Shown here piece by piece: positions 1 through 10,587 of a stretch of 64,000 nucleotides of DNA. Below the pieces are notes generated by a model. That model did no database searches. It saw only the letters and a program-made list of their open reading frames with translations, and was not told the DNA's origin. Each line of letters begins with the position of its first letter. Positions within the stretch are counted from its first letter, which is position 1. Source of the stretch: Candidatus Latescibacterota bacterium (GTDB lineage Bacteria; Latescibacterota; UBA2968; GCA-2709665); contig CBDDDZ010000005.1 in NCBI GenBank assembly GCA_965226795.1, positions 1,952,001 to 2,016,000 of the forward strand, written 5' to 3'. A program made the position numbers and the translations under genes.

Positions 1-64
1 GTAACCGCGATGGCTGGGCCTCCCGGCTTGCCCGTAGAGTCCCCCGGCGCCCGCCACACCCCTT

Positions 65-1132
65 CTACCCGCGTGCATTGCCCCGTGCGTCTTCGCCGTT
101 GTCGCCCGCCTGCGCCGTACCGTTGTCCAGCAGGCCCACGGCCTCCCGCACCCGGGTCTCGATCTGCGCGGCAAGCTCCGGATGTTCCTTCAAATGGTTT
201 TTCACGTTCTCCCGCCCCTGCCCCAGGCGATCATTGCCGTAGGAAAACCAGGTGCCGCTCTTGCTGACGATCCCATGAAGTTCGGCGATATCCAGAAGAC
301 TGCCCTCTCTGGAGATGCCCTCGCCGAACATCAGATCGAATTCCGCCTCCTTGAAGGGCGCGGCCATCTTGTTCTTGACCACCCGGACGCGGACCCGGTT
401 GCCCGTGACTTCCTGGCCGTCCTTTATGGCGCCGATCCGACGGATATCCATGCGCACGGACGCGTAGAACTTGAGCGCGTTTCCGCCCGAGGTGGTTTCC
501 GGATTGCCGAACATGACGCCGATCTTCATCCGGATCTGGTTGGTAAACATCACGCATGTCTTGGACTTGCTGATCGACCCCGAGAGTTTTCGTAGCGCCT
601 GAGACATCAGGCGCGCCTGCAAACCCACGTGGGAATCGCCCATGTCCCCCTCCAGTTCCGCACGGGGCACAAGCGCCGCGACCGAGTCCACCACCACGGC
701 GTCGAAAGCGCTGCTGCGCACAAGCGTGTCGGTGATTTCAAGGGCTTCTTCCCCGGTATCGGGCTGGGAAATGAGCAGATTCTGCAGGTTGACCCCGATC
801 CGTTCGGCGAGCTCTACATTGAGCGCATGCTCCGCATCGACAAATGCGCACGTACCTCCCATCCGCTGCGCCTCCGCGATGACGTGCAGGGTCAGTGTGG
901 TTTTGCCGGACCCTTCGGGACCGTAAATTTCTGTGACGCGGCCGCGCGGCACCCCGCCCGCGCCAAGTGCGACGTCAAGCGCGATCGCGCCCGTTGGAAT
1001 CACCTCGACGGCCACCTTCCCTCCCTCTTCGCCACTGAGCCGCATGATGGAACCCTGGCCGAACTGCTTTTCGATTTGTGAGATGGCCAGATCGATGGCC
1101 TTCTCTTTGCTGACGACGTTGCGTTTCGACAT
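65..1132 (-). CDS. recA: Recombinase RecA
   Basis: 355-aa ORF with GPEGSGKTT Walker [10 protein letters not shown] Walker [11 protein letters not shown] and [14 protein letters not shown] signatures. Confidence 0.99.
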   Translation of the reverse strand: MSKRNVVSKEKAIDLAISQIEKQFGQGSIMRLSGEEGGKVAVEVIPTGAIALDVALGAGGVPRGRVTEIYGPEGSGKTTLTLHVIAEAQRMGGTCAFVDAEHALNVELAERIGVNLQNLLISQPDTGEEALEITDTLVRSSAFDAVVVDSVAALVPRAELEGDMGDSHVGLQARLMSQALRKLSGSISKSKTCVMFTNQIRMKIGVMFGNPETTSGGNALKFYASVRMDIRRIGAIKDGQEVTGNRVRVRVVKNKMAAPFKEAEFDLMFGEGISREGSLLDIAELHGIVSKSGTWFSYGNDRLGQGRENVKNHLKEHPELAAQIETRVREAVGLLDNGTAQAGDNGEDARGNARG

Positions 1133-1241
1133 CGCTTGCCCCTCCTGAGACGAATTCGACTGGACTTGTCTATTGGATCACGTCGCAGCCCACGGCCTGT
1201 GAGGAGCCCGATTTTCTGCGCCGCACGATGTGTCATCGCTA

Positions 1242-1270
1242 AATATAGTGAACATTTGTATATTAGTCAA
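1242..1270 (-). promoter_or_regulatory. Sigma70-type recA promoter with candidate SOS/LexA operator in the spacer
   Basis: Minus strand reads TTGACT-17 nt-TATATT. The spacer contains GAAC-ATTT-GTAT on the + strand (1250-1261), resembling GAAC-N4-GTTC. Confidence 0.65.
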
Positions 1271-1356
1271 TGCCGTATTTTTAATAAAATTCCCGTTGAG
1301 AAACCGTGCAACGGAACTGGATCGAAAATATAATATATCCGCACGCCAGCCAGAAG

Positions 1357-1983
1357 TCAAGCGCTCCCCGGTTCGGGAAAGCGTTTCCGGCGACGCCCCG
1401 CCGGCAGGGCCGAGAAACCCGGCTCCAGCGACCCGGAAAGAGACGCGTTATCCAGCGCGTTGTACACGGCGCCACCGGGCCTCAAGTCGCTGTTGTACAA
1501 AGTTATACGGTCCACCCTGAAGTGCGCCGCGTCGACTGCGCCGGTCAATCCGGAGGGCAACCGAACCGTCCTTCTTCTTGCTCGCGCAAGCGTCACGTGC
1601 GGATGAAACCCTCGTTCCTCTCTCTCGAACCCGATCCCGAACATCGTGTCCTCCAGGTCCGCCCGAAGCCTGCCCAGAATCCCCGTCTCTCCGCCCACGC
1701 CCATCCAGATCACCCTCGCGCGATCCGGATTCGGCGCGCCCACGTCCGTGGTGCGCAACGCCATCGGCGGCGTCCGCCCGGCCACCGCACGCACGACATC
1801 CATTATGAGCGGTACAGCCGCGGATTCCACGTTACCCAGGAACTTGAGTGTGAGATGCACGCCCTCGGGCCGCACCCAATTGACACGCCCTTCGAGATCC
1901 GCCAGACATCTCCTGGCGCCCTCAAATGCGGGGATCACTGCCCGGGGGAGTTCAACGGCCACAAATGCGCGCAGGGTCGCCAT
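1357..1983 (-). CDS. thpR: RNA 2',3'-cyclic phosphodiesterase (2'-5' RNA ligase family)
   Basis: Two HxT motifs (HLTLKFLG, HPHVTLAR); usual position just upstream of recA. Confidence 0.93.
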   Translation of the reverse strand: MATLRAFVAVELPRAVIPAFEGARRCLADLEGRVNWVRPEGVHLTLKFLGNVESAAVPLIMDVVRAVAGRTPPMALRTTDVGAPNPDRARVIWMGVGGETGILGRLRADLEDTMFGIGFEREERGFHPHVTLARARRRTVRLPSGLTGAVDAAHFRVDRITLYNSDLRPGGAVYNALDNASLSGSLEPGFSALPAGRRRKRFPEPGSA

Positions 1984-2445
1984 CTACCCGCTCCACAGGG
2001 TCAGCGCAGCCCGAAGCAGAAGATTTCCGTATACCCCCGCGATCACGTCGTCCATCACCACGCCCCACCCGCCGGGCCACTTCTCGGACGCCCGGGCCGG
2101 CTGCGGCTTTATAATATCCAGCACACGAAAAATAAAAAATCCGGCAACTCCCACGACCGGTGAAAGCGGCAGGAAAGCTACCGTGATATAGAACCCCACA
2201 AACTCGTCGATGACAACCGGTCCCGGATCCGGACCCCAGGCCCTTTCTCCCGCGGAGGCGGCATAAACCGCCGCCGAAAAAATCAGGATCAGAAACAGAC
2301 ACCACGCCAGGGCCCCGAACCCCGGCGCCAGATAAAAGGCCGCCAGGTACGGAACCAACGCAGCGGCCGTGCCCGCCGTGCCCGGCGCGACCGGGACGTA
2401 CCCGGAGAAAAATCCGGTGGCGAGCAGCCGGGTCCACGGATTCAA
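1984..2445 (-). CDS. pgpA: Phosphatidylglycerophosphatase A
   Basis: APGTAGT, DPGPVVIDE, FRVLDIIKP and GWGVVMDDVIAG motifs. Confidence 0.96.
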   Translation of the reverse strand: MNPWTRLLATGFFSGYVPVAPGTAGTAAALVPYLAAFYLAPGFGALAWCLFLILIFSAAVYAASAGERAWGPDPGPVVIDEFVGFYITVAFLPLSPVVGVAGFFIFRVLDIIKPQPARASEKWPGGWGVVMDDVIAGVYGNLLLRAALTLWSG

Positions 2446-2468
2446 GTCAGCGGCCTCCGATCCCCCGT

Positions 2469-3119
2469 TCAGGCCTGGTCGCGGCTATGTTCAACCAGGT
2501 ACAGGACTCCCGAGACGACCGCCAGCAGGGTAACCGCCGCCACCAGGACGTTCAACACCATCTGTGAACCGGTATCCACCAGCACCAGGGGCTGAGAGGT
2601 CAGCTCAGCGGTAATCACACGCACATTGATGAAGACCAGGATGCCGAAAGCCAGCACCAGTTGCAGCATGGTCTTCCATTTCGCCAGCCGGGACGTGACC
2701 ACCGGCCGTCCCTTGCGGATCGCGTACACACGGAGGCAGGTTATCACGGCATCCCGGATCAACATGGCGCCTACCAGCCACGCTTCAACCATCCCCAGGA
2801 GCACGAAGGAAATGAGGGCGGAAGAGACCAGCAGCTTGTCTGCCAGCGGATCCATGAACCGTCCGAGGCTGCTGACCGTTTTGTCACGTCGTGCGAACCA
2901 GCCGTCGAAGAAATCGGTCAGCGAGGCCACGGTGAACACCAGCAGCGCCAGGGTCTTGTTGAATCCGCTTTCCGAAAAAATCAGCACAAGAAACACGGGT
3001 GTGAGAACAATCCGCAGACCTGTGAGTATATTCGGAAATGTGACCATACGGTCGGCGGGCTGCGGCTTGGGCAGCCGGATCCCCTGCGAGCTGCCGCGGA
3101 GTGTGTCGGTACGGTTCAT
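2469..3119 (-). CDS. pgsA: CDP-diacylglycerol--glycerol-3-phosphate 3-phosphatidyltransferase
   Basis: PNILTGLR and the CDP-alcohol phosphotransferase motif TDFFDGWFARR...GRFMDPLADK. The true start may be the downstream MVTFPN. Confidence 0.93.
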   Translation of the reverse strand: MNRTDTLRGSSQGIRLPKPQPADRMVTFPNILTGLRIVLTPVFLVLIFSESGFNKTLALLVFTVASLTDFFDGWFARRDKTVSSLGRFMDPLADKLLVSSALISFVLLGMVEAWLVGAMLIRDAVITCLRVYAIRKGRPVVTSRLAKWKTMLQLVLAFGILVFINVRVITAELTSQPLVLVDTGSQMVLNVLVAAVTLLAVVSGVLYLVEHSRDQA

Positions 3120-3709
3120 AGTTCTCTGCGTCCATCCAGCGCCCGGGCCAGCGTGACCTGATCCGCAAGGGCAAGGTCGCTGCCCATGGGCAGACCCCTG
3201 GCGATTTGCGTTACGGTCACGTGGTGCGTTTCCAGGATCTGATTGAGGTACTGTGCGGTTGCGTCGCCCTCAACGGTGGGTCCGTTCGCCAGAATCACCT
3301 CGCGAATCCCGCCCTCGTTCAGTCGCGCAACCAGAGATTGAATGTTCAGCTCGTCCGGCCCGATTCCGTCCAGTGGGGAAATCCGTCCACCCAGGACGTG
3401 ATACAGGCCGCGATAGGCTTGCATCCGTTCCATTGCCAGCAGGTCGCCGACGTAGTCGACCACCATCACCTGAGACGGGTCCCGGCGCACATCCCTGCAA
3501 ATCGGGCAGGGATCGCCCTCCGACAGGTTGAAACATGTGCCGCAAGCCCGTACCCGGGTCTTCACCTCCACCATCAATTCGGCGAGCGCGCGCACGTCCT
3601 CGGTCTTCCAGGTCAGTACGTCCAGCGCGATTCGCCGCGCGGACTTTTCGCCGATACCCGGCAGCCGTCCCAACCCGGCCACCAGCCGATCGATGGCGTT
3701 GGAAGCCAT
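3116..3709 (-). CDS. recR: Recombination mediator RecR
   Basis: LPGIGEKSARR, C4 zinc finger, YHVLGGRISPLDG, TVEGDATA; follows ybaB. Confidence 0.98.
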   Translation of the reverse strand: MASNAIDRLVAGLGRLPGIGEKSARRIALDVLTWKTEDVRALAELMVEVKTRVRACGTCFNLSEGDPCPICRDVRRDPSQVMVVDYVGDLLAMERMQAYRGLYHVLGGRISPLDGIGPDELNIQSLVARLNEGGIREVILANGPTVEGDATAQYLNQILETHHVTVTQIARGLPMGSDLALADQVTLARALDGRREL

Positions 3710-3791
3710 TCGGACCCTCCTCTAAAGCGGACACCCGGATCCCGGTGCCGCGAGCCCCGGGTTTTCCGGCGCTTAATGCGATCGGCAGTAC

Positions 3792-4115
3792 CTATATGCC
3801 CAGGTTGACGCCCGGCGGCAACATACCGGCCGTGGCCCTCTGCATTTCGCGGTCGGCCATCTCCTGCGCCTTCTCCCGGGCCTGCCGTATGGCGGCCATG
3901 ATGAGATCTTCCAGCATCTCCACGTCATTGGGATCCACCACCTCCGGGTCGATCCTGATGCCCACAATCTGCTGCTGCCCGTTGGCACGCGCCATCACCA
4001 TGCCGCCGCCCGCCGATCCCTCCACCTCCTTCGACGCGAGTTCCTCCTGTACCTTCGCCAGTTTGGCCTGCAGCCTCTGGGCCTGCTTCATCATGCCCGA
4101 CATGCCCTTCGCCAT
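3792..4115 (-). CDS. ybaB: YbaB/EbfC nucleoid-associated protein
   Basis: MMKQAQ...GSAGGGMV...DVEMLEDLI; conserved dnaX-ybaB-recR order. Confidence 0.96.
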   Translation of the reverse strand: MAKGMSGMMKQAQRLQAKLAKVQEELASKEVEGSAGGGMVMARANGQQQIVGIRIDPEVVDPNDVEMLEDLIMAAIRQAREKAQEMADREMQRATAGMLPPGVNLGI

Positions 4116-4135
4116 TGCATCCTCCCCGCGTGCAG

Positions 4136-5836
4136 CTATCTGCCTACAACCTCACCATCAAAAATATCGATTGCCATCTGGACGCGTTTGTCGGACGCCG
4201 CTCCTTCATCTTTCCGGGTCGCGCCGCCGCCTTCGTCCTGTTCGAACTCACATCGGATTCTCAGGGAAACGCCTAAGACATCGGCAGTCACCCCTTCCAG
4301 AAACTCCCGGTTGCGCCTGACCTGCTCCGCGTGAAACGCCTTGTCCGCCTTGAAGACCAGATCCAGCCGCAGGTCTTCCAGAGCCGCGGGCATGCCTTCC
4401 GCCAGAAACGTCCCCAGGCCCAGATTTCGCGTCCTCACCTCCTCAACGAGTTCCGGCCACTTCTGCCGAACGGCGTCGATCGTCAGGCCAACCCCCCTGG
4501 ACGGCTCAGGCTCTGCTGGAGGCGGCGCGGCGAGGACCTCGGGGGCGTCGACTTCAGGCGGCGACTTTTCGCTGGCGACAACGGACGAAGCCGACGGGCC
4601 CGCGGGGTGCGGACGAGCCGGCGCGACCGGTTCACGGCGTGCAGCGGCGGGGGGATCGGGCCGCTGTTTCTCTGAAGGCGCGGCCTTACCTGTACGCAAC
4701 ATGCCTTCCAGCCGGTCCAGCCGGGCCATCACCTCATGGACGGCCTGGGAAGGCGCCATCAACACCAGTTTCATCACGGTCAGTTCCAACCACAGCCGTG
4801 GATTCGAGACCCGGCCCAGCTGTGCTTCCAGATCGGTAACCGCCTGCAGCATGCGCAGGAGGTCCTCCTCCTGAAATCGCGCGGCCGTCTCACGGTATCG
4901 CGGCTGGTCGGCGGCGTACAGACCGTCGACGGAAAGGCCGTCGGACACGCACGTCACCAGCAGGCGCCGAACGTGCTCCAGCAACCCCTGGGTGAACTCG
5001 CCGGCATCCCCGCCTCCATCCAGCACACGCTCGACCGCGCGCAACGCCGCGGCCCCGTCTGAATCGAGTATGGCCTGCGTCAGTTCGAAATAGAGATCGG
5101 CCGGAATAACGCCCAGCAACTCCCGTACCGCCTCAGCGGAAATCGACCCATCCGAAAACGCGATGGCCTGGTCCAGCAGATTCTCAGCGTCGCGCAGCGC
5201 GCCGTCGGCCTTTCGGCCCAGCAGAAAAAGCGCCTCGTCTTCCGCCGCGATTTTCTCCGCATCCATGATCTTCCGGAGTTGGCCGACAATGGCATCGGTG
5301 GATATTCGCCGGAAGTTGTATCGCTGGCAGCGGGACAGAATCGTCTCCGGCATCCGGTGCGGCTCGGTGGTGGCCAGCACGAACACCACGTGGCGCGGCG
5401 GCTCCTCCAGGGTCTTCAGAAGCGCATTGAAGGCCTCCGCCGTGAGCATATGCACTTCATCTATGATATAGACCTTGCGCTTGCCCTTGGTTGCCGCAAA
5501 CCCGGCCTCTTCCCGCAACTGCCGGATCTCATCTATGCCCCGGTTCGACGCCCCGTCGATTTCCAGGACGTCCATGCTCCTGTTGTTGGCAATGGCCGCG
5601 CAATAGCCGCACGTGCCGCACGGCTCCGGCGTGGGCCCCTTTTCGCAGTTGAACGCCTTGGCCAGCACCCGGGCCATCGTCGTCTTCCCCGTTCCCCGGG
5701 GCCCGCAAAACAGATATGCCTGGACGACGCGTTCCGTACGAATGGCGTTCTGCAAGGTCTGAACGATGTGGTCCTGACCGACCACGTCCTGAAACACGTT
5801 GGGCCGCCACTTGCGGGCGAGCACACGATAGGACAT
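4136..5836 (-). CDS. dnaX: DNA polymerase III subunit gamma/tau
   Basis: MSYRVLARKWRP start at 5836, GPRGTGKT, IIDEVHML, ALLKTLEEPP, SRC motif. Confidence 0.98.
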   Translation of the reverse strand: MSYRVLARKWRPNVFQDVVGQDHIVQTLQNAIRTERVVQAYLFCGPRGTGKTTMARVLAKAFNCEKGPTPEPCGTCGYCAAIANNRSMDVLEIDGASNRGIDEIRQLREEAGFAATKGKRKVYIIDEVHMLTAEAFNALLKTLEEPPRHVVFVLATTEPHRMPETILSRCQRYNFRRISTDAIVGQLRKIMDAEKIAAEDEALFLLGRKADGALRDAENLLDQAIAFSDGSISAEAVRELLGVIPADLYFELTQAILDSDGAAALRAVERVLDGGGDAGEFTQGLLEHVRRLLVTCVSDGLSVDGLYAADQPRYRETAARFQEEDLLRMLQAVTDLEAQLGRVSNPRLWLELTVMKLVLMAPSQAVHEVMARLDRLEGMLRTGKAAPSEKQRPDPPAAARREPVAPARPHPAGPSASSVVASEKSPPEVDAPEVLAAPPPAEPEPSRGVGLTIDAVRQKWPELVEEVRTRNLGLGTFLAEGMPAALEDLRLDLVFKADKAFHAEQVRRNREFLEGVTADVLGVSLRIRCEFEQDEGGGATRKDEGAASDKRVQMAIDIFDGEVVGR

Positions 5837-5910
5837 ACGGGACCAGCCTCTCACCCAACCATCCTGCACGCACGAACAGGGAAACGATATTGGGAAGGGA
5901 CGTTAATTAG

Positions 5911-6181
5911 GCCGTGCACCCCGCTTCGGCGTTCAGGCCGGGGTATTCGGAAAGCGCCAGCTCCCGCCAGGGGCCCCCGCGGCACACGGGCCGGGTTACC
6001 TACCGCTGCTACCTTCCGGTCCTGACGGGGTTTGGTAATCGTCCGTTGCGCAGGACCTGGCGATCAACACCGCTCACTTTCCGAATCGTGTCCCGAAATG
6101 AAGAGCCTCAGACGAGGAATTCAACCCCGCTATAGCGGATTGCGGGCAACAGGGCACCGCTACCTCCCCGTCTAGCACGAC
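5911..6181 (-). ncRNA. ffs: Large bacterial SRP RNA with Alu domain
   Basis: Minus strand begins CGTGCTAGACGGGGAGGTAGCGGTGCCCTG (Bacillus-type Alu 5' end), contains helix 8 CAGGACCGGAAGGTAGCAGC and ends GGGGTGCACGGC; sits upstream of dnaX. Confidence 0.92.
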
Positions 6182-6237
6182 CTGAAAAGTCAATCAGCAG
6201 CCGGCCTTCAGCTGTTGAGGGCCGATGGCTGTATTCC

Positions 6238-6313
6238 TGGTGGAGCTGATGGGGTTCGAACCCACGACTTCCAGAGTGCGATTCTGGCGCTCTCCCAGCT
6301 GAGCTACAGCCCC
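6238..6313 (-). tRNA. tRNA-Ala(CGC)
   Basis: 76-nt cloverleaf GGGGCTG...CAGCTCCACCA; anticodon arm CCAGA-ATCGCAC-TCTGG. Confidence 0.96.
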
Positions 6314-6366
6314 ACAAATTGCATGACAACCGCGAGGCACCGGAGCAGGACAAGGGCGTCCGCTCT

Positions 6367-6744
6367 TCATGCACCGCTTTTTTCGATTAGGATCCGCGCT
6401 GCCCGAGACGCCGTTTTAAGCGCCTCCACGCCGGAAAGCACACGTCCGATGGGATTCACGGGACTGGCCGGCCGGATCTCGTCCCCCTCACTGGCGGGGG
6501 TTGGACCGTAAAAGATACAAAATGCCTTTCCGGGCGGCCAGTAGGCGAGATCGCCCGCCTCCACCGTTTCCTGCGGATCCTCCGGATCGGCCGTTAGGGG
6601 GATCTGAAAATAAATCTCGTCGCCCCAGGTGTTGAAGCCGCTGGAGACGGGCAACTCGGCCAGCACCCTGGACGCGGTTTCCGATTCGTTCAACTCCGCA
6701 TCCAGTTCGACCTCTCCCACGGTAATCCTGATGGAATGCGCCAT
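6367..6744 (-). CDS. Cyclophilin-like fold protein (TM1367-like)
   Basis: WGDEIYF and GDLAYWPPGKAFCIFYGPTP motifs. Confidence 0.85.
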   Translation of the reverse strand: MAHSIRITVGEVELDAELNESETASRVLAELPVSSGFNTWGDEIYFQIPLTADPEDPQETVEAGDLAYWPPGKAFCIFYGPTPASEGDEIRPASPVNPIGRVLSGVEALKTASRAARILIEKSGA

Positions 6745-6835
6745 TGAAAGGTTCCGACGTGGTGACGCGAGCGTTCACCAAAAACAGAGCAGATCAGCCG
6801 CAGGGGGCTCGCCGGTGTGCGGCGCGACAGGTTTC

Positions 6836-6928
<93 letters not shown>

Positions 6929-7219
6929 ACAAAAGCGGCTCTAGATTCAGGCAGCGAGGCATCAACGCGTGTATCGTTGCCCCGGCGAAAAGATTGACAA
7001 TTCAGGAATGCCGCGGCGATTCGCCCTCGCCGACAACACCCTCCATTACACGTATTAAGATACAATATTCCACCGACATTCGCAACCTTTTCCCAACCAA
7101 TTCAGGACCCGTCAGCAGGCACTGCGCCGCGCGGATTCTGCTCGGGTATTGGAGTCCGAATTCGCCAAAATGTGAACGTTTTGGGATAGATAACCGAGCC
7201 TGCGGTGGGAAAGGTTCAA

Positions 7220-7770
7220 TCAGCGGGGCGGCAATGTCGACATCCGACCTCTCATTTGTTTAGCTACTCGGCTGAGGGGTACGGGGGGAAGAAGCGAGGT
7301 ATTTGCGCCGCAGGGCCACTCGACTTCCGTCCTACGAGTGTCGACGTTGACCAGTTTCCCATCGAAATGTGCAACGCTGACTGTGAACGACAAACAGCCG
7401 TCGATGCAAACGTGAGCGTAGCTCCTTTCGTCAAAGGCCGTATACACCATTACCGCACAACACATTCCTTTCGCCTTAAGATAATGGATAGTCGCGAAAA
7501 CAGTTTCGCCGTCCCACGCGACGTGAAACCACTCGAAAGGCGAATCTAGCAATTTCGGATCAAGGGAGTCTTCGCTATTGAGCAATGGGCGAACGACGTT
7601 TCTGTGAAGCAGACACTCCTTCGGAAGTACGGTCTGATCGTACTTGAGCTTATGCCTTTCGCTGGCCCTGTCTTGGCCTCCGTACGTACGGTACAAAGCA
7701 CCCAGCATTGAACCGTTAAACCAGCCCGATTTGTCGTTGATATATGGGTATCCATTTTGCCGGAACAATC
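7220..7770 (-). pseudogene. Probable 3' fragment of an unknown gene cut by the IS insertion
   Basis: Open frame runs up to the CTAG at the IS left end (7771); no recognisable motif. Confidence 0.35.
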
Positions 7771-9216
7771 CTAGGAGTCTGCGCCGCAGGAAAATTCATT
7801 TCAATGGACAGGTAATGGTAGGTATAATGGGTCGTGCAGTTTAGAAATGTCAAGCAGTAAAGAGGTTGAGAGTTGTGTCAACGGAGGGAGCTATCGATGC
7901 CGACGACCTTTCGTGCGTATCACCCGGACCAGATATTGCTGTTGGCGCCTGATCTTCGGGAGTGGGTGCCTGAAGGTCATCTGTCGCATCAGGTGAGCGA
8001 TCTGGTGGATTCACTGGATCTGGGATCATTCTACGCGCCGTATGAAGGCGATGGGCGTCGCAACGCGCCTTATGAGCCATCGATGATGGTGAAGGTATTG
8101 ATATATGGGTACGCGACGGGTGTGTATTCGTCTCGTGCGATCGCTCGGAAGCTGGAGGAGGACGTGGCGTTTCGTATGTTGGCGGCAGGCAATTTTCCAC
8201 AACACCGGACGATCTGCGAGTTTCGTCGTCGTCACCTAAAAGATTTCGGGCGTTTGTTCGTAGAGGTGGTTGGTGTGGCGCGGGAGATGGGTCTGGTACA
8301 TTTCGGGACGCTCTCTTTAGACGGCACGAAGGTACGAGCGAAGGCGAGCAAGCGTAAGGCCATGAGTTACGAGCGGATGTTGAAGGAACAGGCTCGTCTG
8401 GAGAAAGAGATCGAGGCGTTGCTGGCGGGGGCTGTGTCGATTGATGCCGAGGAGGACGCGCGTTACGGCGCGGATGTTCGTGGCGACGAGTTGCCGGTCG
8501 AGTTGCAGCGCAGGCAGGTTCGTCTGGCGGCGATCAGGGCGGCTCGGGAGCGTCTAAAAGCATCGCAACGAGCCGTCGACGATGCGCGCGGGCGCAAGCC
8601 CGGTCAGGATCGCAACCCGAAGGGCGGGCGGCCTTATAAAAGAGCTTATGGCGAGCCCGACCCGAAGGCTCAGAGCAACTTCACGGACCCCGAGTCACGG
8701 ATCATGAAGACGAGCGCGGAGGGTTTCCAGCAGTGCTACAACGCGCAGACGGTGGTGGACGCCGAGCGTCAGATCATCGTGGCTGCGCATCTGGGGTCAG
8801 CGGCCACCGATCAGGGCTTTATGCTCCCTTTGCTGGATGGGGTGCAAGAGACATTCGGGGTCACGCCCGGTGCGGTTCTGGCGGACGCGGGCTACTGCAA
8901 CGAGGAGGACTTGGCCACGCTTGAGGAACGTGGCATCGATGGTTACGTGGCGCTGGGGCGGGAGGGCAAGGAAAGGGTGGACGTCGATTCGGAGACGCTT
9001 CCGGCGACGCATCGCATGGGCGAAAAACTGGCGAGCCCGGAAGGTCGGGGCCTGTATGCGAAGCGCAAGTGGCTCTCGGAGGCGCCCAACGGATGGATCA
9101 AGGAGATATTGGGCTTCCGACGCTTCAGCTTCCGGGGTCTGGAAAAGGTGCGTGCCGAGTGGGACTTGGTCTGCCTGGCGTTGAACGCCAAGCGGATGGC
9201 AGCGTTGACGATGTAA
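7771..9216 (+). mobile_element. IS1182-family insertion sequence, right end apparently missing
   Basis: Candidate left end CTAG/GAGTCTGCGCCGCAGG at 7771-7790, followed by an intact transposase; no inverted copy found after the stop codon. Confidence 0.75.
7897..9216 (+). CDS. IS1182-family DDE transposase
   Basis: MPTTFRAYHPDQ..., YGYATGVYSSRAI, DGTKVRA, NFTDPESRIMK, ADAGY, EAPNGWIKEILGFRRFSFRG. Confidence 0.93.
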   Translation: MPTTFRAYHPDQILLLAPDLREWVPEGHLSHQVSDLVDSLDLGSFYAPYEGDGRRNAPYEPSMMVKVLIYGYATGVYSSRAIARKLEEDVAFRMLAAGNFPQHRTICEFRRRHLKDFGRLFVEVVGVAREMGLVHFGTLSLDGTKVRAKASKRKAMSYERMLKEQARLEKEIEALLAGAVSIDAEEDARYGADVRGDELPVELQRRQVRLAAIRAARERLKASQRAVDDARGRKPGQDRNPKGGRPYKRAYGEPDPKAQSNFTDPESRIMKTSAEGFQQCYNAQTVVDAERQIIVAAHLGSAATDQGFMLPLLDGVQETFGVTPGAVLADAGYCNEEDLATLEERGIDGYVALGREGKERVDVDSETLPATHRMGEKLASPEGRGLYAKRKWLSEAPNGWIKEILGFRRFSFRGLEKVRAEWDLVCLALNAKRMAALTM

Positions 9217-9267
9217 TGATCAGTTCGAAGATCGTTGCGACTGTAATGCTGCCGGTCCAATCATTTT

Positions 9268-10587
9268 CTAACGCCGCAGGGATTTCGCTCCCCAATCCTC
9301 CTCAAAACAAAAAACCACGTAGTCGTCGTCCTCATCCACGCCACCTGCTTCAAAGGTCGCTCCTTGTATTGTTCTTCCTGCTGCAGGCCAAACGTGGATT
9401 AGGTTCGTGTTGTTACCGAAAGCCGCGAACTGAAAGTCGGTTGCATCCATTCGACCAGCCATATACTGCTGCAAGAGCCTTGACGATATCTTGATTCGCA
9501 TTGCACCCTCATGCATATCAACCCTTGTACCCTTATACCAGCCGCGGGCGATCGGACGAAACGCGCCTTGTCGGTGGATTTGCCTAACCTGATAGCCTTC
9601 GAAACGCGCGCGGGGGAGTTGAGCCGCCAGCATGTCCAGTCTCTCGTATTCTCCGTCAGCGACACCCTTTCTTGGGTCAAAGTAGGTTACGTTCCAGACC
9701 ACGTCTTGCCGTGGTCCCAAAACGACTCTCCTGTCACGAAAAGGCGAGAATACGCAAACGATGTCAATACCGCTAAGCTTTCTCAGCGCATGCCAGATGA
9801 TCTCCTCTCCACGGGTTTCGCGCCCGAGGTGGACCGCTTGTCCGATGTAGCGAAGCAACTGGCACCCTGCGTCGAAAAGAAAGACTACACGCAGGTGTCC
9901 ACTCCCCGCGTTCTTAATCTGCTTCGACTTCTTCTTGAGTGAATTAAAAATGGGGTTGTCCTCCAAATCATACGCCACCGGAGGCATTCTGCAAAAGACG
10001 GCGGGCTGTCTAGTCGGATGTTCGCGCCAAGCTATGAGCGCGTCTGTGCGACCGCGTGTGACGCGCAAGTTTTGCATGCGATCTGGACACTTCCGCCCGT
10101 TAAGCCATTCACGCAACTGCCCTTCAATATTGGCAGTCATCTGGAAATCCGGATCAACACAGCGGTCGCGCCGGAAGCGACCATCCCAATAGCTACGGTC
10201 CATAAACTCAAATGAAAGGTGGCGTCCGGCGTTCTTCGCAATGCGGTCCGCGCTCGAAGAGATAATGTTCGCCGTCCTTTCCATTGCATCTTGGCCCGAG
10301 AAACTGTCATCGGATAGGGCACGTACCTCCACAACAGCTCTGGCTGATGGGAAGAGATTTCTAGACAGTGCATCGGGTCGGCGGCCATTGCTGAGGACAG
10401 GTTCGAGACTCACATCTGCGACTTGTGCGATTGCCCAGAGCATCGACAACTCCGCCTCAGCTGCCAGCGCGTTGCGCGTGTTTGTGCTCTCCAATCTAGA
10501 AAGCAGATCATTGACTTTGGATGTGCTGGTGAGTAACGAGATATCGTCAATCATCGCGCTCAAACGTCGTCGCGCAAAGATAGGCAT
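9268..10587 (-). CDS. Hypothetical protein, possible PD-(D/E)xK-like nuclease fold
   Basis: Intact 439-aa ORF co-oriented behind gajB; E...RRPD-x12-VVEVR pattern. Confidence 0.6.
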   Translation of the reverse strand: MPIFARRRLSAMIDDISLLTSTSKVNDLLSRLESTNTRNALAAEAELSMLWAIAQVADVSLEPVLSNGRRPDALSRNLFPSARAVVEVRALSDDSFSGQDAMERTANIISSSADRIAKNAGRHLSFEFMDRSYWDGRFRRDRCVDPDFQMTANIEGQLREWLNGRKCPDRMQNLRVTRGRTDALIAWREHPTRQPAVFCRMPPVAYDLEDNPIFNSLKKKSKQIKNAGSGHLRVVFLFDAGCQLLRYIGQAVHLGRETRGEEIIWHALRKLSGIDIVCVFSPFRDRRVVLGPRQDVVWNVTYFDPRKGVADGEYERLDMLAAQLPRARFEGYQVRQIHRQGAFRPIARGWYKGTRVDMHEGAMRIKISSRLLQQYMAGRMDATDFQFAAFGNNTNLIHVWPAAGRTIQGATFEAGGVDEDDDYVVFCFEEDWGAKSLRR

